Source: Tubiluchus corallicola
Lineage: Eukaryota; Animalia; Priapulida
Length of the DNA stretch: 19,416 bases
Assembly: GCA_030141605.1 (NCBI GenBank)
Contig: JAQGDQ010002487.1
Location: 1-19,416, forward strand
Reading direction: 5' to 3'
Shown: positions 1-7,959 of the stretch, piece after piece
How positions within the stretch are numbered: position 1 is the first letter of the stretch
How the letters are laid out: every line of letters starts with the position of its first letter
Made by a program: the position numbers and the translations under genes
Notes under the pieces: model-generated
Told to the model about the DNA's origin: nothing
Database searches by the model: none
The model's input: only the letters and a program-made list of their open reading frames with translations

Positions 1-831
1 GGAGGGTTGAAAAGTGTTTCAGAAAACAGCAATTTTTTTATACAAATATTGCACAACGTTACACCTATTAGCTTGCAGTGGGTGTCAATGTATTGGGTGT
101 TTGCTATTATTTCATTGATACTTGTTGCAATCATTATGCTCAGCAAATTCCCGAAAGTAAAATTGCAAAAAGATGAAAAGTTTGAAGGCATAGAGGTATT
201 AAAAAAACTATTGCGTAACAAAACTGTAATACTCTTCTTTTTAGGGCTATTTGCTTATGTTGGCTTGGAACAAGGAATAAGCTTTTGGATAGCTAAGTTT
301 TTAATCAAATATCATGGAACTACAAATGCAGATGGAAGCGAAATTATTGGGTTTTTCTGGGGCATGATGACGCTGGGATGCTTTTTAGGCTTAATATTAT
401 TAAAGCTATTAGACAGCAAACTGGTATTGAAAATATTTACTGCTATATCCATGTTGTGTCTTGCTTTGGCACTGTTTGGCTCTAAGCAAATGGCAATGAT
501 ATGCTTTCCTGCAGTAGGTTTCTTTATCTCTGTAATGTACTCAGTAGTATTTTCGTTAGGTTTAAATTCTCTAAAAGACCACCACGGCACATTTTCAGGA
601 ATCCTTTGCGCAGGAATAGCAGGTGGAGCTGTTATCCCATTCATAGTAGGGGGATTGGCAGATGTATTTGGAACTGCCATGCCTGATGGAAACATTGATA
701 GTAATTAAAAAGTAGGAATGCTTTTTAATTATGTACCTCTATTGTATATATTCTCTATTGGAATTTGGGCAAAACCGTTGGTTAAAAACAAAACAATTTC
801 TGCCAAAGTGAAAGAAAGTGACAACAAATAA
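1..831 (+). CDS. MFS sugar permease (FucP/GluP-like), 5' end outside the window; internal in-frame TAA at 706-708
   Basis: Frame is open from base 1. Hydrophobic helices with motifs FAYVGLEQG, FFISVMYSVVFSLG and GIAGGAVIPFIVG. After TAA 706-708 the same frame continues KVGMLFNYVPLLYIFSIGIWAKPLVKNKTIS (last TM helix and tail) to TAA 829-831. Confidence 0.85.
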
Positions 832-841
832 AACAAATAAA

Positions 842-1765
842 ATGAAATATATAATAGGTGTAGACGGAGGGGGAACTAAAACTCATGGGTATATTACTGA
901 TTTGGAAGGGGGTGTTTTAGCAGAAGCAAAAGTAGAATCAAGTAATTATATTAATATAGGGATAGAAAAAGCTCAAGAAAATTTAAAAAAACTTGTGGAT
1001 GTGTTAACATCTAAAATAGGAGCTTCTCAACACGATGTAAAAGTGTTTTCGGCAGGATTAGCGGGCTTAGATACTCCTACTGATGAAAAAAAATTGAGGA
1101 ATGCTATAAGGCAAATTGGATTTTCAAATGATAGCATAATAACAAATGTAGACGCGACAGCAGCATTGGTCGGAGCGCATGGAAAACCAGAGGGAATTAT
1201 TGTAATAGCAGGCACAGGCTCTATTACCCAAGCTATGTTTGGAGATGAAATTTATAGAGCAGGAGGATGGGGCAACATACTTAGTGATGAAGGAAGTGGA
1301 TATTGGATAAGTATAGAGGCCTTGAAAAAAGCAATGTATGTTTTTGACGAAGTTCTACCTGAAACAATGCTTAACAAAGCAATTATTGAGCATTTTGGAC
1401 TAAAAGATATTACAGATGTAATATATACAGTTCATGGATGCGAAAATGAAAAATCAAAAATATCATCTCTATCTAAAGTGGTTTGTGAGTGTGCAGAACA
1501 AGGAGATATACATGCTCAAGATGTAGTAAAAAGAGCAGCAGAAGGGCTGTTTGCGTTGGTAAAATATATTTATGACAAAACAGAAAAGAAACTAAGTGTT
1601 GCCATGTTTGGAGGTTTATTAGAAAATAACACCCCTGTAAGAAAACATTTTGTTGAGTTGTTATCAAAAAATGATATGGCTTATTTAGATAAACATAAAT
1701 ATAATGCTGCTTATGGTGCTGTGTTAATAGGTTTGCATCGCTTAAAAATAAAGCAACCTAATTGA
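842..1765 (+). CDS. BadF/BadG/BcrA/BcrD-family sugar kinase (NAGK/MurK/GspK-like amino-sugar kinase)
   Basis: Motifs GVDGGGTKT, GLAGLD, IAGTGS and RAGGWGNILSDEGSGYWI. ATG 842 (MKYIIGVDGG) is preferred over GTG 818, which overlaps the true MFS end. Confidence 0.88.
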   Translation: MKYIIGVDGGGTKTHGYITDLEGGVLAEAKVESSNYINIGIEKAQENLKKLVDVLTSKIGASQHDVKVFSAGLAGLDTPTDEKKLRNAIRQIGFSNDSIITNVDATAALVGAHGKPEGIIVIAGTGSITQAMFGDEIYRAGGWGNILSDEGSGYWISIEALKKAMYVFDEVLPETMLNKAIIEHFGLKDITDVIYTVHGCENEKSKISSLSKVVCECAEQGDIHAQDVVKRAAEGLFALVKYIYDKTEKKLSVAMFGGLLENNTPVRKHFVELLSKNDMAYLDKHKYNAAYGAVLIGLHRLKIKQPN

Positions 1766-1778
1766 TAGCAACTAAAAC

Positions 1779-3146
1779 ATGAAACCTGTTGTAATTCTTG
1801 ATGCGGGTAAAGGAGCAAGAGTTTTTCCCTTTGCAGAAGTAAGGACTAAAGGACTTATTCCCATTGCAAATAAGCCAATTTTGGCTTACTTGATAGATGA
1901 GTTGTTAGCTCTTGGATGTGAAGAAATTATTATAGCTGTTAACAAGTTTTCACAAAAAGTTATTAACTACTCTCAAAATCATAAACAGATTAAGGTTGTA
2001 GAAATAAAACAAACAAATGGCAATTTAGATACATTATTGCAGTTGGAAAGCTATTTGCAAAAGGACTTTTTTTTATTTTACTCTGATATTTTAATCCACC
2101 CTCAAGATTTAAGAAGTTTTTTAAAAAGCACTGCTGATAAAGATTTATGTTGCTTGTTGACAAAATTGAAAGGTGAACCCGCAAGCAACCATATAGCTTT
2201 AATGATTGAAAATAAAAAAGTAGTAGACATTTTAGGCCATCCACGAAGAGAATATACTCATAAGTTTACAGCGTTTTATTTTTCCGCACTTTTTTTTCAA
2301 AAGTATTTGAAGAATACAACAGGTTTTTTTTCAAAAGTACAAGTTGGCATGATGCCCCCTGATGAGTGTTTCTTAGAAATGGGAATTGTAGACTATTTTG
2401 AAAAACATAAAGAAATCTCTTTTACAGAAACAAAACAACCTACTTTTGATATAGATAAGCCTTGGCATATATTGCAGGCTAATGAATTTATTGCAATGGA
2501 ATGTTGTAACAAATTGCAAGCCAATAACTTGTCAAAAAATGCTTCTATAGAGGAATCAGTTGAAATTAATGGATATGTACAGTTAGGTAAAAATAGCAAA
2601 ATAGGGAAAAATGTAGTTATTAATGGAAATGTAGTTATACAAGAAAACACCATAGTAGAAAATGGCGCTATATTAGAGGGAAATAACATTATTGGCAGTC
2701 ATTGTGTTGTAAAAGACTATGCCCACATTTCTAAAAATTCATCTATAGGTGATAATACTCATGTGTTGCATTGTGCCGAATTAGATGGAATATTATTTGG
2801 AAATACAAAACTCTCGCATTACATGGAAATTTGTGGAATCGTGGGAGAAGGGTGCGATATAGGGGCTGGAACGGTGTGTGGTAACTTGCGTTTTGACGAC
2901 AAACACCAAACGCATTATATACAGCAGAACCAAGAAAGACCTCAAAAATATTCTACGGTGTGTTTTATAGGAGATTATAGTAGGACGGGAGTTAACGCTA
3001 TGTTAATGCCTGGTGTTAAGATGGGAAAAAATAGTATTGTAAGTTCGGGAGTAATTTTAACGGAAGACCTACCTAATAACAAAATTATTTTTTTACAACA
3101 AAATACGATAACAAAAAATTGGGGCAGTAATAAATATGGATGGTAA
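1779..3146 (+). CDS. Bifunctional sugar-1-phosphate nucleotidyltransferase / hexapeptide-repeat acetyltransferase (archaeal GlmU-like)
   Basis: N-terminal ILDAGKGARVFP...KGLIPIANKP NTP-transferase motif, YSD and DIDKPW. C-terminal left-handed beta-helix repeats (IGKNVVING, IGSHCVVK, IGDNTHV) and GAGTVCGNLRFDD...IGDYSRTGVNAMLMPGVKMG, which resembles archaeal GlmU. Confidence 0.8.
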   Translation: MKPVVILDAGKGARVFPFAEVRTKGLIPIANKPILAYLIDELLALGCEEIIIAVNKFSQKVINYSQNHKQIKVVEIKQTNGNLDTLLQLESYLQKDFFLFYSDILIHPQDLRSFLKSTADKDLCCLLTKLKGEPASNHIALMIENKKVVDILGHPRREYTHKFTAFYFSALFFQKYLKNTTGFFSKVQVGMMPPDECFLEMGIVDYFEKHKEISFTETKQPTFDIDKPWHILQANEFIAMECCNKLQANNLSKNASIEESVEINGYVQLGKNSKIGKNVVINGNVVIQENTIVENGAILEGNNIIGSHCVVKDYAHISKNSSIGDNTHVLHCAELDGILFGNTKLSHYMEICGIVGEGCDIGAGTVCGNLRFDDKHQTHYIQQNQERPQKYSTVCFIGDYSRTGVNAMLMPGVKMGKNSIVSSGVILTEDLPNNKIIFLQQNTITKNWGSNKYGW

Positions 3147-3166
3147 GTGATTAAAAATTAGTAAAA

Positions 3167-3922
3167 ATGACAGATATAAAATTAGAATACCATAAAAAGA
3201 CGATTGAAATTATTGAGCAAGTAAAGAAGACACAGTATGAAACGATTGAGAAACTTGGTAAAGAAATAGCAAAGAGAACTCTAAAGGGAGCTATACTCTA
3301 TGCTTTTGGCACAGGGCATGGGCATACAATAGCCGAAGAACTTTATGTAAGAGCAGGTGGACTGTTCACTGCAAAGGCCATTTTAGAGCCAGAATTCATG
3401 TTGCATGGAACTAAGTTTAAAAGCACAAAAATGGAAAGAATCTCAGGATTAGCAGAGCCAATTTTACAATTAAATCACGTGCAAAAAGGAGATGTTATCA
3501 TCATTATTTCAAACTCAGGTAGAAATTCTACCCCAATTGAAATGGCAAGAGAGGCTAGAAAAAAAGGACTTTTAGTTGTTGCCTTGACTAATATGAAACA
3601 TACTACACAAGTGACATCAAGAGATGATAGCGGGAAAAAACTTTATGAAGAAGCAGATTATGTACTTGATAATTGCGGTGATCCGGGAGATGCAGTATTA
3701 CACATTGAAAATGATCCTTATACAGTTGGAGCAACATCAACTGTTGCGGGAGCGTATATTATGCAATGTCTTGTAATAGAAATAGCTACAAATATTAAAA
3801 AAATGGGAAAGAAACCACCTATATTTATAAGTTCTAATATAGATATAGGGGATGAATATAACAAAAAATTAGAAGAAGAATATTACTCAAATTTTCCTCA
3901 ATTGAAACATCGCCTCATATAA
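3167..3922 (+). CDS. Single SIS-domain sugar-phosphate isomerase-like protein (UPF0309-like)
   Basis: Motifs FGTGHGH, RAGGL, IISNSGRNSTPIEMA, SRDDSGKKLYEEADYVLDNCGDPGDA, GATST and PPIFISSN. Confidence 0.85.
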   Translation: MTDIKLEYHKKTIEIIEQVKKTQYETIEKLGKEIAKRTLKGAILYAFGTGHGHTIAEELYVRAGGLFTAKAILEPEFMLHGTKFKSTKMERISGLAEPILQLNHVQKGDVIIIISNSGRNSTPIEMAREARKKGLLVVALTNMKHTTQVTSRDDSGKKLYEEADYVLDNCGDPGDAVLHIENDPYTVGATSTVAGAYIMQCLVIEIATNIKKMGKKPPIFISSNIDIGDEYNKKLEEEYYSNFPQLKHRLI

Positions 3923-3923
3923 A

Positions 3924-3956
3924 TTTGATATATAATGTAAATTTACATTATATTTA
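3924..3956 (+). promoter_or_regulatory. Putative Bacteroidota-type leuA promoter overlapped by a perfect 24-bp palindrome (candidate operator)
   Basis: TTTG at 3924-3927, a 21-nt spacer, then TATATTTA at 3949-3956 (one mismatch to TAnnTTTG). Palindrome ATATAATGTAAATTTACATTATAT at 3930-3953. Confidence 0.55.
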
Positions 3957-3991
3957 CAAGCTTATGTTCTAATTAAAAACAAAACATCAAT

Positions 3992-5131
3992 ATGGATAGA
4001 GTATACATCTTTGATACAACTCTAAGGGATGGAGAGCAAGTCCCTGGTTGCCAGCTTAATACTAAGGAAAAAATAGAAGTAGCAAAAGTATTAGAAGAAC
4101 TTGGAGTAGATATTATAGAAGCAGGATTTCCTATTTCTAGTCCCGGAGATTTCAATTCCATTGTAGAAATATCAAAGGCGATATCTGAGCCAGTAATTTG
4201 TAGCTTAACAAGAGCAAAAGAAAAAGATATTGAAGTTGCATCAGAGTCTTTGAAATTTGCCAAAAGGAAAAGAATACATACAGGCATAGGAGTATCTGAT
4301 TTGCACATTAAGACGAAATTTAAATCCACAAGAGAAAAGATACTCGAACAAGGCATTGCTGCTGTAAAGTATGCAAAAAAGTTTGTAGAAGATATAGAGT
4401 TTTATGCTGAAGATGCAGGAAGAGCTAACTTGAATTATTTAGCAAAAGTGACTGAAAAAGTGATAGAAGCGGGTGCAACGGTGGTAAATATTCCTGATAC
4501 AACGGGGTATAATTTACCGTGGATATTAGGAGATAAAGTGAAGTTTCTGTTTGAAAATGTTAAAAACATACATAAAGCTATTATTTCTGTACATTGCCAT
4601 AATGATTTAGGATTGGCAACCGCAAACACAATAGCAGGGCTTACCAATGGCGCAAGGCAGGCAGAGGTAACACTAAATGGAGTAGGAGAACGAGCAGGGA
4701 ATTCTTCGCTAGAAGAAGTGGTAATGATACTGAAGAGCCATAAGCATTTAAATTTAGATACAAGAATAAGAACAAAAAAGTTGAAACCTGCAAGTACATT
4801 AGTTTCTAAACTTATGAGAATGCCTGTACAGCCAAATAAAGCTATTGTTGGAAAAAACGCTTTTGCTCATTCATCTGGCATTCATCAAGATGGGTTTCTT
4901 AAAAATAGAGATAATTATGAAGTAATAAAACCCGAAGATGTTGGAGTATTAAAATCAGACATTGTATTAACAGCAAGAAGTGGGCGAGCTGCTTTGAAAT
5001 TTAGGTTGCAAGAGATTGGTTTTGAATGTAGTAAAGATGAGTTGAAAAATATTTATGAACGATTTTTAATTATGGCTGATGAACGCAAGCAACTAGAAGA
5101 AGATGACTTAAAAGAACTAATTGAAAACTAA
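3992..5131 (+). CDS. leuA: 2-isopropylmalate synthase, short form lacking the C-terminal regulatory domain
   Basis: Motifs FDTTLRDGEQ, EAGFP, IPDTTG, HCHNDLGLA, NGVGERAGN, GKNAFAHSSGIHQDG and LTARSGRAAL. Only 379 aa. Confidence 0.9.
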   Translation: MDRVYIFDTTLRDGEQVPGCQLNTKEKIEVAKVLEELGVDIIEAGFPISSPGDFNSIVEISKAISEPVICSLTRAKEKDIEVASESLKFAKRKRIHTGIGVSDLHIKTKFKSTREKILEQGIAAVKYAKKFVEDIEFYAEDAGRANLNYLAKVTEKVIEAGATVVNIPDTTGYNLPWILGDKVKFLFENVKNIHKAIISVHCHNDLGLATANTIAGLTNGARQAEVTLNGVGERAGNSSLEEVVMILKSHKHLNLDTRIRTKKLKPASTLVSKLMRMPVQPNKAIVGKNAFAHSSGIHQDGFLKNRDNYEVIKPEDVGVLKSDIVLTARSGRAALKFRLQEIGFECSKDELKNIYERFLIMADERKQLEEDDLKELIEN

Positions 5132-5614
5132 TACACCCTAACAAAGCAGCCCGAAAAAAAACCTTATATGTTTGGCAGAGGTGCTTTATTTTACATCATT
5201 AGCCATTTTAAAATATTCTTCATTCCGTTTTATTGTATCAACACTTCATTATTACTTAAAATTCGTTGTAATGCGTGAATACTTTGTTTTATTATCCACA
5301 AAACTACGAAAGGGAGCAAACTCACTTGTGCTCTTATTTAGCTTTATTTAAACACCTATTGTGACACGTCTCTTTAGAATTTTTTTATTCTTCTAAGACA
5401 AAATTGAAATAAGGACATATTAATGATGCATATTTTTTAGTGTCTTTTTAAAAATAATCCAGGGAGTTAGTTTTCTCATAGTGCAGGAGTGTGTAGCCCA
5501 CAATGGGAGGTTACTAATTTAAAAGTAAAGGTATATATAGGTGAATATATGTAAAAGTGACAAAATATGGCATTAAAATTGCAATAGTCACTATGGAAAA
5601 AATAACATGAAACT

Positions 5615-7708
5615 ATGAAACTAAAAAAAATAGCACCATTATTTATTATTGCCGTAATTCTTATTATGGCTTGTGAAAAAGAATCAGACCTATTAAATGG
5701 GAAGAATATTCTTTCTTTTTCATTCCAAGGAGTAACAACAAACTTAAATAATATAGACCAAGAAGCAGGCATTATAGATGTTTCTATTCCTTTATACGAT
5801 GCAAATGATTTGGTAGCAATATTTAGTCTTTCAAAAGGATCGGAAGCCAAAATAGGAGAAGTATTGCAAGAAAGCGGAGTGACAGCGAACGATTTTAACA
5901 AACCAGTAGTTTATACAATCGTAGCTGAAAATGGCACAACAAAAGACTACACCGTTACGGTGTCCACAAAGCCAAGAACAGGCAAGAGGATGCTACTATT
6001 TAAGTTTGAGGCATCATTGAACAGCTCTTTTGGTATAACAGAAGATATTGTGATAGAAGAGAAAGATATGGATGTTGGCAAAGGGTTAATTTCAGTTGCT
6101 TTTCCTTATGCGACGAATGTAACGAATCTCATACCAACCTTTACACATTCAGAAGGCTCAACAGTGAAGGTGGGAGACAAAGAGCAAGAGAGCGGAGTAA
6201 CGCCAAATAATTTTAGCGGAGATGTTGTTTACACAGTTACCCCCGAAGAGGGAGACCCTAAACTCTACAGCGTTAAATCAATAATAAAACAGAACTCAAA
6301 AGCAGAGTTTCATTCATTTGAGTATGAAGTTGTGAACAACAATTCGTCCAAGTTAACATTTGATGAGGAGGCTCAGGCATCAGAGATATCGTCAGGAGAG
6401 ATTTCATTTTCATTACCTTATGGAGCAGATGTATCAAGTCTTGTGGCAACATTTGAGGCATCAGGAGATGCGAGTATAAAGATAGGAGATGTAGAACAAG
6501 AGAGTGGTCAAACGTCTCATGACTATACAACAGAAGGCGGAGTGGTTACTTATGTAGTCACGTCGCAAGATAGCAGCACCGAAAGGGAGTACACTGTTAG
6601 AGTAAGTGTAAAAGAAAAGCCCTCATTTGAAGCGGTGAGCTATTATGAAGGTGAAGATCGCATAGGCGCAGGAGATTTTGAAAAGGAAGATTTGTTTAAA
6701 ATAAGTGATTTGGTAGATGGGACTTATTCTTGTGCTTTGACAATAGGAGGTATAACATCAAGCGTATCGACTGTTACTATAGAGAATAATGAAACACAAT
6801 TAGGGGGTGAAATACTTACTATTTCCAATTGGAGTTCAATATCAAATAATGCAGAAGTTGCAGTTAGTTTAGTGTTAGAAGGATCTGACTTTGATTATAC
6901 TGTTGCGAAAGAACAAAATACGATAAAGAGTTGGCAAGATTTACAAGGGATGAAACACAGTTTAACAAGGACCTATAAATTGGATAATGATATAGTTTTT
7001 CCAGATCCGGGAGAGGATGGCTTTCCAACAAATGGCTTTACGCGTATAGGGAAGGATCATTCCAATCAATTTAAAGGCACGTTTGATGGCCAAGGCCATG
7101 TGATAAGCAACTTTTACATTAACGTGGATTCCACCTACTCGTCTTTGTTTGGATACACTCATGGGGCAACAATAAAAAATGTGGGGGTAAAGGGAGAAGT
7201 GAATGGAGGAAGTGGCCATTTTGTTGCTATACTTGTAGGGTACATGAACAAAGGGACTATTGAAAAATGTTACACTTCAGGTAGCGTAAAAGGGGGATTA
7301 AATGTTGGTAGTTTTGTAGGACAAATGTTTGATAGTGCAGTTATCAGCGACTGTTACAGTAGGGCAAGTGTATCTTCTAGCGGCAACGGTACTGGAGGAT
7401 TAGTAGGATATAAATTTTCTAGTAGTGCAGTTGTTAAGATGTGTTATGCTGCAGGCCTTGTGACAGGAAGTGGGATGAGTGTTGGAGGGTTAGTAGCAAG
7501 ATCTACTGGTAGTAATACATCTGATAGTTATTGGGATGTAGAAGAAACAAACCAACCTACTTCTGCTGGAGGAGGAGAAGGCAAAACTACATTACTGATG
7601 AAACAAAAAGCTACATTTGCAGGTTGGGATTTTGAGAATGTTTGGGATATAGACGGCACTACTAACAATGGTTATCCATTCTTGAAAGGTATAGGCGGGC
7701 AGGAATAA
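5615..7708 (+). CDS. Surface lipoprotein: SPII signal, three Ig-like (DUF5018-like) repeats and a C-terminal GLUG-motif domain
   Basis: Lipobox LIMA-C20 followed by EKESD. Three repeats with QESG..(D/N)..VV(Y/T)..Y(T/S)V. From about 6920: IKSWQDLQGM, YKLDNDI, FKGTFDGQGHVISN, SLFGY, GGLVG repeats and SYWD...WDFENVWDI...GYPFL. Confidence 0.85.
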   Translation: MKLKKIAPLFIIAVILIMACEKESDLLNGKNILSFSFQGVTTNLNNIDQEAGIIDVSIPLYDANDLVAIFSLSKGSEAKIGEVLQESGVTANDFNKPVVYTIVAENGTTKDYTVTVSTKPRTGKRMLLFKFEASLNSSFGITEDIVIEEKDMDVGKGLISVAFPYATNVTNLIPTFTHSEGSTVKVGDKEQESGVTPNNFSGDVVYTVTPEEGDPKLYSVKSIIKQNSKAEFHSFEYEVVNNNSSKLTFDEEAQASEISSGEISFSLPYGADVSSLVATFEASGDASIKIGDVEQESGQTSHDYTTEGGVVTYVVTSQDSSTEREYTVRVSVKEKPSFEAVSYYEGEDRIGAGDFEKEDLFKISDLVDGTYSCALTIGGITSSVSTVTIENNETQLGGEILTISNWSSISNNAEVAVSLVLEGSDFDYTVAKEQNTIKSWQDLQGMKHSLTRTYKLDNDIVFPDPGEDGFPTNGFTRIGKDHSNQFKGTFDGQGHVISNFYINVDSTYSSLFGYTHGATIKNVGVKGEVNGGSGHFVAILVGYMNKGTIEKCYTSGSVKGGLNVGSFVGQMFDSAVISDCYSRASVSSSGNGTGGLVGYKFSSSAVVKMCYAAGLVTGSGMSVGGLVARSTGSNTSDSYWDVEETNQPTSAGGGEGKTTLLMKQKATFAGWDFENVWDIDGTTNNGYPFLKGIGGQE
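5702..6610 (+). repeat. Three tandem ~100-aa Ig-like domain repeats inside the lipoprotein gene
   Basis: QESG codons start at 5867, 6185 and 6497 (spacing 318 and 312 nt). Shared pattern: I.VS.P(L/Y)...LV..F..S.G...K(I/V)G...QESG. Confidence 0.85.
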
Positions 7709-7747
7709 TAATTGAGAGCTGGTATACCAGCATGAAAAAGTAATTTG

Positions 7748-7789
7748 AACTCAAAACAAAACTTTTTTCTGTTTTTGGAGTTTTTTCTT
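7748..7789 (+). terminator. Probable intrinsic terminator after the lipoprotein gene
   Basis: Imperfect inverted repeat AACTCAAAACA / TGTTTTTGGAGTT followed by a T-rich tract. Confidence 0.45.
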
Positions 7790-7910
7790 ATTTAAAGTAA
7801 AATTTCTATTCGTTAACCAACAAGTATTAAACTAAATACAAACTTAGGATAAAAACATTAAAAATTATGAAAGGTTTTGTTTTTAGTTTATTTTTAATAA
7901 GCAAAATTAT

Positions 7911-7918
7911 TATATTTG
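7911..7918 (+). promoter_or_regulatory. Bacteroidota -7 element upstream of GH65
   Basis: TATATTTG matches TAnnTTTG, about 40 nt before ATG 7960. No well-spaced -33 element seen. Confidence 0.45.
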
Positions 7919-7959
7919 ACTTTTGAGAAAATTTTGTTCTTTTAAAAAATATAAAAAAT

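Noticed and set aside
818-841. GTG start for the kinase
   Set aside because: Overlaps the true MFS C-terminus; the family motif begins right after ATG 842.
5292-5300. DnaA box as a sign of oriC
   Set aside because: A single 9-mer with no box cluster or origin-type gene context; plausible by chance in 19 kb of AT-rich DNA.
5340-5610. Invertible promoter upstream of the lipoprotein
   Set aside because: Only ~6-bp inverted repeats (AGTGAC/GTCACT, CTATTG/CAATAG) were found, and there is no recombinase nearby.
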